Source of the DNA: the human T2T-CHM13v2.0 reference genome, Homo sapiens
Assembly (NCBI RefSeq): GCF_009914755.1
Contig: NC_060928.1
DNA: 64,000 nt
Reading direction: 5' to 3' (one strand)
The notes under the pieces were generated by a model, which did no database searches, was not told where the DNA came from, and saw nothing but the letters and a program-made list of their open reading frames with translations. Each line of letters starts with the position of its first letter. Position 1 is the stretch's first letter. Position numbers and translations under genes: made by a program. This document shows, piece by piece, positions 1-15,238 of this stretch.

Positions 1-518
1 GGATAATTTAAATTATTATTTAAATTTATATTATTATTCTCTATAGGCAAATATTTGACAAATTATTTAAAGCATTTCATCCTTATATAAACATGAATAA
101 TAAATTTCAACTGGCTTTTTCTTGTACTTTATGTTTTTATTTTTCTGAAATAGAATGCTGGCTGGGAATTGGGTTACTTGGCCCTGGTTTTAGCAGTTAC
201 ATAACTTTGGCCAGTGTCACTTAATATATTGGCATCAGTTTCTTTAAAATATCTCTCCTCTATCAGTGCCTATGAGTTTAGAACTGGTCCATCAGCAACA
301 TTTATGAGGCACCAGTATTGTAAGTAATTCTGAGAACAAACATAGGTTATGATCAAACTTTAGAATCATTGAGTCAAAGTCCCTCATTTTACAGATGTGG
401 AAACTGAAACCAAGAGCCATTACTCAACTTGCCCATGATTATAGATAGTAGATCTTCATTTTTAAATGTTAAAGGTGTGTGTATGTAAACTATTACACCT
501 GTACATAGAAGATAAATA

Positions 519-597
519 TTAGGTTGAAACATATGAAACTACTTGTCATAGGGTTCAAATTGTTCAGTTATCATCAATTTCATATAGTTCAACATAA
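519..597. mobile_element. MADE2-like mariner MITE
   Basis: ~80 bp with terminal inverted repeats TTAGGTTGAAACATATGAAA / TTTCATATAGTTCAACATAA and TA on both flanks. Confidence 0.75.
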
Positions 598-1852
598 TAT
601 AAGAACATTAGAAGTACTGTTTGTAGGACCTGTAAATTACTTAAATATCAATCAACTATAAAACAGAAAAATTAGTTGTGTGATAGTTATACAGTGGAAT
701 TCTCTAGAACAGTGGGGAAAAAACAAATCCTGCAGCCTCATGCATCATGTTTTGATGAATCTCAAAAACAAGTCACCTAAGAACAAATTCTTTATCATTA
801 CACTTTCATAGGTGCAAAAAGAGGCAAAAGCATTTTCAAGATATATGGAGAAAATCTTTTTTATAAGCAAAAGAATGTTAAAGAGAAAATCAGGATAGTT
901 ACTAACTCTGAGGGGTGATGCTTTATTTCTTAAACTGGCTGGTTGATACATTGGTGTGTATATATATATATTTATAATATATATTTCCTAAATATTCATT
1001 ATTCTCTATTTAGAAAAATAACATCAAAGAAGAAGTACATGTTCGTGGCTAGCAAGAGTGTACTTTGGTACAGTCACTTTAGAGGACTATTGATAGTGTC
1101 TGTTAAAAATGAAGCATAATGAATGGAGTAGATGTTCTCTTTCTGTGGAATAAAGTCTGGATTAAACTCCCTGGAAAATTACTGTGCTTACTTAAATCTT
1201 GATAAGCCAATTGTGACTTGAGATGTCTTTGATTCCTTTAAAACACTCCAAATTCCCTGCCCACACACCATCCATTACCCATCTCTTCCCTTCTCCCGTA
1301 GGCCACTCCACATCCACTAACCCATCCTTTCTTTCCTCTTTCAGTCATATCTGCTGTAGGCTCTCTCCCTAACATGTTCCCAAAGCATAAAACAATTTAA
1401 GTCCTAAGGTCAGTAACCAGACAAGATTTTTATTATTTTTCCTGCCATAAAACTTGGAGCATTCATGCCTGCCAGTTGCAATGAGAACTTGCAAAATGCA
1501 ACAGTGATCATTTGATCTCCCTTATGACCCTCTGCTCCCACACCCCCTACAATGTCAGAAACATTTTGCTGTATCAACAGCTTAGAAGGAATATTGTTTC
1601 ACTGGAATGAGATCCACCCACACTGATTTCAGAGACAAAGTTTTGGAGTGGTTATGTTAACTGCATAGTAAATGACATGAATGCAGCCATGGAATTCACT
1701 GGTAAGTCAGGTCCGATGTTTTCTTAGGAATGAATGTAATCAAAATTCTTACAAAAATATACTTAATCACTTTCCCTTCTTGGGGCTTAGATGAGATAAA
1801 CATCGTGTGGAACAAGATTGCTAAGGGCTAGCTTGCTTGAAAATTTGCAGCA

Positions 1853-2069
<217 letters not shown>

Positions 2070-2127
2070 TGAAAATTTGCAGCAGTTAGGATATTTAGTT
2101 TTGACTTTGAGTTTATTCTGGATTTCT

Positions 2128-2276
2128 ATTTCTTTGTTTTGTTTTGTTTTTGTTTTTGTTTTTGTGGAGATCTCGCTATATTGCCCAGGCTGGTCTTGAA
2201 CTCCGGGGCTCAAGCAAACCTCTAGCCTCTGCCTCCCTAAGTGCTGGGATTACAAGTGTGAGCCACCATGTCCAAC
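2128..2276 (-). mobile_element. Alu left monomer (FLAM-like)
   Basis: Single Alu arm with (TTTTG)n tail; TSD TATTCTGGATTTCT at 2114-2127 and 2277-2290. Confidence 0.85.
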
Positions 2277-3042
2277 TATTCTGGATTTCTGAAACAAAGT
2301 TGGATCATTTTCAAATTACAGAGATAAATGAAATAATAGTCATGAAAACCTTGAATTCCATTATTTTATTATTTTCCAGACCTGAACTTCATGGGTGTTT
2401 CTTAACTTTGCATGTGGTAAAATTCAGGTGGCTTCATGAAGCTTTGCCAGGGGTACATAGGTCCACTTATGGAAGTCTTGTTGCTAAGACATCATTTGAT
2501 CAAACTGCCTCTTGTTGCTTATATGCCTTCTTAAGATTTTTGAAATGTAAAACTTTTCTAAAAATTGAATTACAAAATTGTTTCTGATTAATTTTCCTTT
2601 ACCCTCTTTTGTTTAGGGTAATTCATAATGGGAGAATTTGCCATTTTTAAAGGAAAGATGGGAAGACAGAACATCTTGTCACAATGTCACCTTGTTGGTG
2701 TCTTTTCAAGTGGAGAACAGATTATAAAAAGTTTCTTACATAGTGTAAAACGTTTTCATTTTGTATTTTAGTGTTTAGCCTCAAAATTCCAAGACATTTA
2801 TAATAGTGGACTTGGTTCAGGGGATTTACATGCTTCTTTGAATCTCATTTTTTAAAAAGCCTAATGATATTTAAATTCTTTTTATTAGATTCCATTTTCT
2901 TTAGGACAAAGTGGATTAATAGACCTGAAAAATCAACTAAACTAGAAAACTAAACCCACTTTTAAAACGTTTTTTGAAATATATAACTCTTCATACCCAC
3001 CAAATGACTCATACCCCACCAAATGAGTTAGACAGATTTCTT

Positions 3043-3646
<604 letters not shown>

Positions 3647-4132
3647 AACAGATTTCTTGCAATGTGATTTCTAGACTGAGGTTGCTATGCTTTCTCCCTA
3701 CATTCAGGCCCCACAAGCCCTGCTTTCCAGTAGCCAGGCTGATAATGCAGAGTGAAGTGGATGTGATGGGCTGTGTTGAACTGTTGAGCACAAGCTGGTC
3801 TGAACAGCTATTCGCTGCTCCATCAAGTTGCTGATTCACCAGAACAAAGACATAAGTGTTCCCAGATCGAATTTATAGGGGAATCCAGGCTTTCATGTGA
3901 AATAGCTCATTTTTAAATGATGACAGCTAAACACTTAAAAATCATTTTTAAAAATCTGTGCAAGCCAAATTGACAGTGTCTATAGGTCTGTGGGCCACCT
4001 GTTAGCGACTTCCCTACATGTAGTAAAATGTTTCAGTACCATCCACTCAAGGCTCTGTTTCCTGCAGAAAGCCGGTAAGCATTAATACCTCTCCCTTTCA
4101 TTCCTGACATTCTCTTCTTTCCTTTTTTCCAG

Positions 4133-4399
4133 GATATGTGCTGTCTCTGGTCTGTCCAAACTCCTCCCAGGCTTGGTGTGAGATCACAAATGTGTCACAG
4201 CTGCTGGCTTCTCCTGTGCTCTACACGGACCTGAATTACAGCATAAACAACTTGAGCATTTCAGCAAATGTAGAAAACAAATACAGTCTTTATGTGGGCT
4301 TGGTACTGGCAGTAAGCTCAAGTATTTTTATTGGCTCCAGCTTCATACTGAAAAAGAAGGGCCTCTTGCAACTGGCCAGCAAGGGCTTTACTAGAGCTG
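4133..4399 (+). CDS. NIPAL1: NIPAL1 coding exon (exon 2), NIPA-like Mg2+ transporter
   Basis: Polypyrimidine tract and AG at 4131-4132; GTAAG donor at 4400; encodes (G)[12 protein letters not shown]...[22 protein letters not shown](G) with the NIPA TM1 motif; phase joins next exon. Confidence 0.97.
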
Positions 4400-4461
4400 G
4401 TAAGAAACACATGCAACTAATGAATTTAAGTTTCTAACTGCAGAAATGATGTGAGGCCACA

Positions 4462-5491
4462 TCTCAGCAATACTCTTATAAACTTGCTTGTGTAATTATA
4501 GTTATTGATTTTTTTTCCATATGGATGTTAGAAAAATACTTAGGTCTTTGATTAAAATGAATAGAAAACTCATGGTTAATGAAGGGATAGTCAGGCAGAC
4601 CTACTCAGCATCTTAAGTGTCACTATAAATAGCAGCCTAATTCCATTGCTATCCATTTATTGATTTAGTAAATATCTATTAGGTGCCAAACACTGCTAGG
4701 GAAGGTTCCTGTTCTTGAGAATCTGCTATAAATGAGCAAGTAAACCTGTCAGCAATAAAAAAGAACACATGTACAACTAAGAATTATCCTAGGCTACAGT
4801 AATAATAACTCACTGGCTCGGTTTATCTTAGTCTCTATCTTCTTGATGGAGTCAGCTGTGTCTCCCAGTCTCTGATCTCTGCCACCTCTCCAACTTCCTC
4901 TTGCTTTTCTCCCCATCACCTACTTTTCTCTTGTTCCTGGAATATGTCTGGTTCTGTCCCACCCCCAGGTCTCTTCCCATTGCGTGGAACCCTTCTTCCT
5001 GCCCTTCATTCAGCTCACTCATCCTTCAGACTTCAGTGTGAGTAGCATCACCTCAGAAAGGCCTTCCTTGACCATCCTCTCACAGCAGGTCTCCCCACCC
5101 CACCCCCGTTATTCTCTGTCATTGCACTAATAGTTTCCCTCACCGTACCTAGGATAATTTTTAGTTGTACATGTATTCTTTATTGTTGCTGACAGGTTTA
5201 CTTGCTTATTGATAGTAGATTCTCAAGAACAGGAACCTTCCCTAGCAGTGTTTGGCACCTAATAGATATTTATTAAATTAATAAATGGACAACAATAGAA
5301 TTAGGCTGCTATTTATAGTGACACTTAAGATGCTAAGTAGGTCTACCTGACTATCCCTTCATTAACCATGAGTTTTCTATTCATTTTCATCAAGTGTACT
5401 ATAAGATCTAAGCTTTTTTCTAACATCCATATGGAAAAAAATCAATGATTATAAATTACACAAGCAAGTTTATAAAAGAGTACTATTGAGA
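4462..5491. repeat. Long inverted repeat (arms 4462-4793 and 5148-5491, 354-bp spacer)
   Basis: Arm 2 is the reverse complement of arm 1, including a perfect 56-bp block (4669-4724 vs 5217-5272). Confidence 0.95.
4860..5290 (+). mobile_element. L2 (LINE-2) 3' fragment
   Basis: L2-like CATCCTTCAGACTTCAG...CACCTCAGAAAGGCCTTCCTTGACC and L2-type tail CCTAGCAGTGTTTGGCACCTAATAGATATTTATTAAATTAATAAATG. Confidence 0.6.
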
Positions 5492-5772
5492 GGAGATTTG
5501 TACTATCAGAAAAGAAAACATATGCTGTATTAAAACAATTTGATACTGGCATTAAAGCGACAAAATCATAACAGATAATTTAAAACTTATAAGTGGACCC
5601 AAGTATATATAACAATTGAATTTGTTATTTTAAAAAGTGACATTTCGAAACTGTGGAGAAAGGACAAATCATTCAAAGTATTGAGATAATTGGAAAAAAT
5701 TAGAGGAGAAAAACATGAAAGTTCTGCTTCACACCATTCAGCAAAATACATTCTAGATAGGTTAGAATTTAA

Positions 5773-6119
<347 letters not shown>

Positions 6120-6367
6120 CTAAGCATAAAGATAAATAATTTATTTTATATAAAGGAAGAGATTACCTAGATTGACAAAAAAAATCCTATATGGAAACAC
6201 TTTAACTGAAACTAAAAAGCAAATGATATATTGGGGGAAATATGATGAAATATGTGACAAAGTATAGTTTCATAATATATAAAAAGTGACTGCAGTCAAT
6301 AAGTAAAAAGGTTAGTACCCTAACAGAAAATAGACATGGCATATAAACAAGAAACAAACAAAATAAG

Positions 6368-6601
6368 AAATGCAAATGACCAATAAACATACGTAAGTAA
6401 ATATTGTTTCACTAGTACCCAAAGAGATACCAACTAGACAATAGTCAGGTTCAGTGTGGTAACATAATTCCAACTTAGTTATTTGTAAATGTAATGACCA
6501 ATAAACATACATAAATAAATATTGTTTCACTAGTACCCAAAGATACCAACTAGACAATAGTCAGGTCCAGGGTTGTAATATAATTCCAAGTTAGTAATTT
6601 G
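6368..6601 (+). repeat. Tandem duplication, ~119-bp unit x2
   Basis: AATGACCAATAAACATAC...TATTGTTTCACTAGTACCCAAAG...ATACCAACTAGACAATAGTCAGGT present twice; copies start at 6368 and 6487. Confidence 0.9.
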
Positions 6602-7187
6602 CCAATTTCTTAAGAAGAAAGTCCTAAATAAGCACAGTTAACTACTTTGCAAAATAGTCTTCATAGCTTATATATCCTGTTTAATTATAACAAAATCAAT
6701 TAGGTCAAATGCAGAGGGCTAAGTATATTAAAATTGATAAGAAAACTCCATTTTCTATAGTAAATATAATGACAAAGTCACAGATTAGAGTAGTAGGAAG
6801 ATAACCTTTTGAATACCTTAAAAACATTTTGTCCTTTTCAGTAGACAAAACAGAAACTTGATTTCAGCATGACAAGGTAGAGGTTAAGCAGAGTGCATCT
6901 GCCCAATGCTTGTTATTCTCTCATTGACTAATCCAAACTCTCAAAAGCTCTTATGTCAACCATCTTCTTCCCTTTACAGTCCTCATTACTACCAATGTAA
7001 TTTACTATTTATGTTTTCTGTTTTTAATTTTAACCATAGCTGAAATGAAGTATTTATGTCCACACCTCTGACTGACATAAATATGGTGAACCTGGTGATT
7101 AAATAAAATTTCCTACAAATTAAGAAAAACTTATGATTTGTGGAAAAACAAAGGGATGACATGGAAACATCATACAGAAAGTTTTAA

Positions 7188-8645
7188 GCAATCCTAAGCA
7201 AAAAGAACAAAGCTGGAGGTATCACAGTACCTTCAAATTATACTATAAGGCTATCATAACCAAAACAGCATGGTACTGGTATAAAAATACACACATAGAT
7301 CAGTGGAACAGAATAGAGAACCCAGAAATAAAGCCAGATACCTACAACCAACTGATCTTTGACAAAGTTGAAAATAATATACGCTAGGGAACGGCTACCC
7401 TATTCAACAAATGGTGCAAGGAAAATTGTAGAACCATATATAGAAGAACGAAACTGGACCTTATATCTGACCATATACAAAAACCTACTCAAGATGGATT
7501 AAAAACTTAAATGTAAAACCTGAAACTATAAAAGCCCTAGAAGAAAAACTAGGAAAAACTTTTCTGGACATTGGCCTAGGCAAAGAATTTGTGACTAAGT
7601 CCTCAAAAGGAAATGCAACAAAAACAAAAATAGACAAATGTGACCTAAAGTAAAAAGCTTCTGCAGAGCAAGAAAAATAATCAACAGGGTGAAAAGACAG
7701 CCTGCAGAATAGGAGAAAAAACTTGCAAACTAAGCATCTGACAAAGGTCTAATACCCAGAATCTACAAGGAACTCAGACAACTCAACAAGAAAAAAACAA
7801 ACCGATGAAAAAGTGGGTAAAGGATATGAACATACATTTTTCAAAAGACATGCAAGCGACCAACATATATATGAAAAAATCCTCAGTGTAACTAATCACC
7901 AGAGAAATGCAAATTAAAACCACAATGAGATAACCATCTTACACTAGTCAGAATGGCTATTATTAACAAGTCAAAAAACAACAGATGTTGACAAGAATGC
8001 AGAGAAAAGGGAATGCTTATACTCTGTTGGTGGGGATGTAAATTAGTACAACCACTACGGAAAACAATATGGAGATCTCTCAGAGAACTAAAAATAGAAC
8101 TGCCCTTTAATGCAGCAGTCCCACTACTGGGTATCTACTTTAAGGAAAAGAAATCATTTTATGAAAAGACACTTGCATTCAAATGTTGATCACACCACTA
8201 TTCACAACACCAAAGTCATGAAATCAACCTAAGTGCCCATCGACAGAGGACTGGATAAAGAAAATGTGGTATAATTATATACACACACCATAGAATACTA
8301 CTTAGCTGTTAGAGAAATGAAATCATATCTTTTGCAGCAACATGGACGGAACTGGAGGCCATTATCCTAAGTGCAGTGACTCAGAAACAGAAAATCAAAA
8401 GCTGCATGTTCTTACTTATAAGTGGGAGCTAAACCATGGGTACACATGCACATTCAAAGTGGAATAATGGACATTAGAGATTCCAAAAGGTGGGAGGGTA
8501 AAAGGGTAGAAGCAGGTGAGGGATGAAATACTACCTGTTGGGTTCAGTGTTCACTATTCAGGTGATAGATACACTAAAGGCCAGACTTTACAGTAGATTT
8601 ATGTAACACAACTACACTTGTACCCCTGAATCTATTTTAAAAATC
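7188..8645 (+). mobile_element. 5'-truncated old primate L1 (L1PB-like), ORF2 3' end and 3'UTR
   Basis: Degenerate ORF2 sequence GCAATCCTAAGCAAAAAGAACAAAGCTGGAGG... through 3'UTR ending CACTTGTACCCCTGAATCT and an A-rich tail. Confidence 0.85.
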
Positions 8646-9184
8646 AGGAAAAATAAAACAAAAATGAACTCCTGATTCATGAAAGAATAAAATGGGTGAC
8701 AAACAGAAAAATGCAGATTGAAATGACATACCATTTTAAGACTCAAATTTGCAAAGTTTTTAAAAAAATTGACATAACTTTTCTGGAGGGCAATTTGGTA
8801 ATACATGTAAAGTTCTTTAAAAAATGCATTTCCTCCTACCCAACAATTACACTTCTAGGAATTTATCGTGAAGAAATAATCATTCCAGTGTTGCAAAGGT
8901 AAATGCGTAGGGAGGTTCGTGAGAGCATTATATTTATAACAGAAACATGGAAAAAAATCTAAATGCAATTAATCCATTAGGGGATTTGTTAAATCATTGT
9001 AAATTGGGGGAAAAAAAGCTTTAGAAGAGCTTTGGAAATGACCAAGTAAATAAGCTAAGAGACTTTAGATTTACTGACTTAACTTTTCTAACCATAATCC
9101 AGTACGCTTCCTAGAAGTTAATTCTTCAAACCTTCCTCCAGTGTAGAACCCATTTTTTGTTAATTTTTACTTTTTGTATTTTAG

Positions 9185-9241
9185 GACAAGGTGGACATTC
9201 TTACCTGAAGGAATGGCTCTGGTGGGTAGGATTGCTGTCAA
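9185..9241 (+). CDS. NIPAL1: NIPAL1 exon 3
   Basis: TTTTAG acceptor, GTAAGT donor; encodes [19 protein letters not shown] (NIPA GGxxYLKxxxWW motif). Confidence 0.97.
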
Positions 9242-10082
9242 GTAAGTTTTTAATACTGAGAATACTGTTTATTTGTAAGATAGTAAATAGATTACATGAA
9301 ATTTTTCATAATTGGTTAATCTTCCTGTCAAGAATGGAACAAGGATGGAATTTAAGTCTAAACATTTTTGTGTTAGTCAATATATTGTCCTATATATACT
9401 ATTATATATAAATAAATTAATTTTTACTCTTATTTCCCACCCCCTGTGCTCTCAGTACTGTCCTGGAATGCAAGGGAAAAAGTTGACCTTTGAAATATTA
9501 CATTTTAACCACAGACTTCTTGTATTTTCTTCACCATAACAATAGAGAAAAGTACTTTTCTTTCATATTTTCCCACCTCCTAATTTGAACAACTATTGTA
9601 GCTGCATATTTTCTCAAGAAAGAGTACAGTTTCCTTGCCAGGACAACACGGATAAGTGAAAGGCTTCTGTGGCTGCTTGGTACTGAACAAATGGAGAAGA
9701 AATGAAGGGTGTCAGCACTCTCCTTCCTCCCAGACCTGCTGTGAGGATTAAACGAGACTTTACAGGATCTGAAAGCACTTTCTAAATGCTAATGTGATGT
9801 CCAAATAGAAGGCAGTGTTCATCTCCCTCAGCCACTTTTGCTGACTTCAGTCTCCCCACTAAGTGAAATTTCTTAAATCCCAAAGCGGAGGCTCCCCTCA
9901 AAAAGGGCATCATAAATTCCCTCTGTAGCCAGGAGTCTTAAAGCTTCCCTGAATTTCCCCAAACCAAGCAACACATTTCAGTATTTGTAAGATCCTGTTA
10001 TGAGAAGGAACTGGGTACCTTTTCTTTAATAAATGGTGGAATCTAAAAGGATGATTAATAAAGAGAATTTAAATATGTATAG

Positions 10083-10424
<342 letters not shown>

Positions 10425-10771
10425 CACCCCTTCAGTTTTTAGGGTGCTTTTACATCCATTTTCTTTATTTGAATAAAAATTGACAAGGGCTGTCTGGGAA
10501 GATTCCAGATAGGTATTTGGATCTTTCTCTTTTTCTGTCTTACTTGCATCTCCCCACCCTCTACCCATACTTTATAATGAAAATATGAGGAGAGTATTAT
10601 GTGACTACATTTGCAATTTTGTTTTCACCATGTAAAAAAGTTTATGTCAGTATTGAAGAGAGAAAAGCATACATTAGAGATTAAGTAAGTGATATATATA
10701 CAGTACTTTAATCATGAAGTCGTTGTTTTCCTGGAAAGCTATCTATAAAGATAAAAATATAAATAATATAA

Positions 10772-11167
<396 letters not shown>

Positions 11168-11990
11168 TAATGATGTTTTCCTAATGGTGAATACTCCTAT
11201 AGATTTGGGGGGATGTAGCGTAGCAGCCAGACAAAGGGAAAAAGAAAAAAATCATGCTGGTGTTCCTTTCTCTCTCTACAATAAGCATTTGCCTGGTGTA
11301 GTTGCCAGCATGAAATACTACATTCTGTGGGCAAGTTTCCCACTGTGTTCTGTGAGAATAACTTGGCCCCAGTACCAGAGCCCAGCTCTTGAAGGGATTT
11401 CTCTCACTCTAGAAGTTATTTATAGCACACTATATCATGCAAGTCTAGAGTTCCTCAGATAAGAAAAAGATTACATTCAGGAGCATATCATGACTTTAAA
11501 ACAGCTGCCTGGATCTCGTTAAGCTACTGAGATACTGTTACTTGCTTATAGATCACTTACAATAGAGGGATATCTAACTTCATGGGCCTATGGCAGGTAT
11601 TTCTGGCTATTCCCTACCTACACACCAGATTTAACCATTCTAATTTTCCAAGCTGGTTTTGGTTTCTGTGGGTAACCTACAAAGCTGTAGGTATTCTTGA
11701 GCAAGTGAAATAATTCTCTGCTTACTACAAAGCTACCTCTACTAGATTTCATTAGAGTCACCAAATATGTCTTCAATATTGAAGTAGCTAAAAATTTCTA
11801 TTGAAAGCCATTTAAAATGAGTACTCATCTGTCACCATTTTTTGCATCTTTTGAGTTTATCACCTGGTATTACAGTTTGTCTGCATCTCTTAATATTAAT
11901 TATCTCCTACCTGCTATAAAACATGTTACATTATTCTTTTTAGCTAGATCTTCCCATGTATTTGGGTTAAAAGTCCACTGCTTTGCATGA

Positions 11991-12236
<246 letters not shown>

Positions 12237-13273
12237 TAAAAGCAAACACACAAATCTAGACCAACCTGGGCTCTAAAAGTCTAGATGAACCCAAATTATT
12301 TCTGAGGCTCCTGGGAAGCTTTGGTCAAGTCACTCAGGCTCAGTTTACTCATTCATAAAGTGAGAACAATACTTTTTCTTGCCTGAAATCACAAAAATAA
12401 CTTGAGAAGACTATAAAATAACAGTAGAAATAGGAAATAGACTGTCACATTATTATTTTAAAAACCTAAGACACAGTGAGTTTGATTTCCTACTAACATA
12501 AATGTGTTTTACATTTGTAACACTGCAATGAAGCATAGAAGATTTTTTAAATCTCTCATCAGAACAAATTGCCAGAGTCCTGTCAATTATTTTTCTCATC
12601 ATAGTGGTTAATGACCATAGTTATCAGAGGACTTTTACAAGCATGGTGTTTTGGTTAAATTTTAACTCTCACTACAATTCTTGCATTGTTTGCTGGATAC
12701 TTCTGTTTGGAGACCCTGTAGTTTTGATAGTGGAAACAGGAATAATTTTCCTATTTCATGGAATGTGGATCTAATTTTTCTGAGTTTATTATGATCCCAA
12801 ATGAATGTGTTTGATAAGCATATACATTTTTGTCTGTTCTTTTCTTGTCTTTTTGTTTTCTATTCATTACCAACCTCTAGTATAAAACCTATGATTGAGC
12901 CTACTAAATTCTTTTTAGCTTCTGTATAGGATTGTTATGAAAATTAAGTGAGTTAATACACATAAAGCACTTCAAACACTTGTCTATGCAATGAATAGCT
13001 AGTAGTAGTAGTAGTAATAGTAGTATCTTCACTAAGGCTGCAGTCCTAAAGGTGGCCACATGAGGGCAACTCTAGGAAAGTACCTGGTAATTTATCATAA
13101 TCTTGAGGACAGATGGGTACTTAATTGCCTTCATGGGGATGCCAGAGCATTAGAGGAAGGAGGCTGGCTTGCAGAAACCACAGCAACTGAAGCATTAGCA
13201 GTACTGGATAGGTCTAAGTATCAGAGCAGTAACAGGTGGTAAGGAAGTATTTTGATATTTTGAAAGTCTGTAT

Positions 13274-13495
13274 CAAGCTTCTCCAACCCATGGCCCATGG
13301 GCTGCATGTGGCCCAGGACGGCTTGGAATGTGGCCCAACATAAATTTGTAAACTGTCTTAAAATATTATGAGTTTTTTTTGTGATTTTTTTTTTCTTTAG
13401 CTCATTAGCTACCATTACTGTTACTGTATATTATGTGTTGCCCAAGACAATTCTTCCAGTGTGGCCTAGGGAAGCCAAAAGATTGGATACCCCTG
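13274..13495 (+). mobile_element. MER30-like hAT MITE
   Basis: TGCATGTGGCCCAGGACGGCTT...GCCAAAAGATTGGATACCCCTG matches recalled MER30 consensus; degenerate 8-bp TSD. Confidence 0.75.
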
Positions 13496-13946
13496 GTCCG
13501 TTTGATTGTAGTGGTGTGAACTAGCTGATTATTAGCCCTGAGCAGAGTAATTTTTCTTTAGGAATGTATCTTTCTTGGAAACATCCATGGGCATACATAT
13601 TCTAAATGTATCATGCCAGTAAGATATAAAAGATTTTCTATTTTGTTTGGCTTTACAGGAAAAGATGGGTAAATTGAAAATGACTTGAGTAGAACCTCTT
13701 GTAAGATCACTGGAAGATTATGGGATATAGAATATTATAGCTCTTTAGATATAAAAACAATGAAGCATATTTGATTGCCCATCAGTTCTGAGTTTCAAAC
13801 CAATCTAGGGTTTCAGTGTCATATAGCATATTCCAGTCAGCTCATTGGGATACATGGTGGCATGTACCACAGTGTGACTTCTGAGCTGCCATGGGATCAA
13901 AAGGTAATTGAGCTATAGTGATTTTTAATTTTTTCTCTCCCAACAG

Positions 13947-14107
13947 TGCAATATTATCTTCCTACTTTTTAAACGAGCACTTGAACATTCATGGGAAAAT
14001 AGGCTGCATATTAAGTATATTGGGGTCAACTGTGATGGTTATCCATGCCCCACAAGAAGAGGAAGTCACATCTTTGCATGAAATGGAAATGAAATTGAGA
14101 GACCCAG
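13947..14107 (+). CDS. NIPAL1: NIPAL1 exon 5
   Basis: CAACAG acceptor, weak GTCTGT donor; encodes [41 protein letters not shown]...LRDP. Confidence 0.96.
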
Positions 14108-14627
14108 GTCTGTGATTCAACCTAAAGAACCACTCAAATTCTGCTCCACTTTCTCTCCTCACCAAATAGTATCTGTAATAATATTGTAATAAGCTTTCTA
14201 CATTGTGGGCCGCATTGTGGGTTGTGAGACACAGTGAGGTTTGATTATTATTTCTCCTGAAAAGATGGCAGAACTTATTTTTGTGTTCATGCTTCCCCTG
14301 TTACACAATGAAAGGGAGAGGTGGGGATGGTAGAGGCAAAAGACATATATTCAAAATCAAATCTTTGCCACTCTCTTCCTCTGAAAATAAAAAGTTAATC
14401 TGATAATATTCGCCCTAGCTCATAGTGGTATTGGTGAGATTTAAATGATATGTTTGTGAAAATCCTTTGTAAAATATTGAGAACTATGCAATAGAATGTT
14501 GTTTTTAATTTGATCTCACTTCTATTTCTAAAATACCTATGCTCTTAAACTCATGACTAACAAGATTTCAGAAAGGTATAATCCTGTGAGCATTTTCTAA
14601 AGTCAAATTCTTTTCTCCTTCTAACAG

Positions 14628-15238
14628 GGTTTATTTCCTTTGCTGTGATCATAACTGTGATCTCCTTGGTGCTGATTTTGATTGTGGCTCCCAAGAAAGG
14701 ACAGACCAATATATTGGTTTATATTTCAATCTGTTCCTTGATTGGAGCGTTTTCAGTTTCTTCTGTGAAAGGCCTGGGAATTGCCATTAAGGAGCTGATA
14801 GAATGGAAGCCAGTTTACAAACATCCGCTGGTCTTTGTTTTGCTGGCTGTACTTGTGCTTTCAGTAACTACACAGATTAACTATCTCAACAAGGCACTGG
14901 ACACCTTTAATACCTCTCTTGTGACACCCATTTATTATGTATTCTTCACATCCATGGTAGTGACTTGCTCTGCCATCTTATTCCAAGAGTGGTATGGCAT
15001 GACAGCTGGAGATATCATTGGGACCCTGAGTGGATTCTTCACTATTATCATTGGCATCTTCCTTCTACATGCTTTTAAAAATACTGACATTACTTGGAGT
15101 GAGCTTACATCCACTGCTAAGAAAGAAGCCGTCTCTCTGAATGTCAATGAAAACAATTATGTTTTACTAGAGAACTTGGAGTGTTCAGCCCCAGGATACA
15201 ATGATGACGTTACCTTGTTTAGTAGAACTGATGACTGA
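14628..15238 (+). CDS. NIPAL1: NIPAL1 terminal exon (exon 6), coding part
   Basis: CTAACAG acceptor; [15 protein letters not shown]...[23 protein letters not shown]...FSRTDD then TGA at 15236-15238. Confidence 0.97.

Noticed and set aside
4061-4080. Possible 7-nt microexon CTGCAG|AAAGCCG|GTAAGC before NIPAL1 exon 2
   Set aside because: Leaves only a 58-nt intron, below the usual human minimum, and would shift frame
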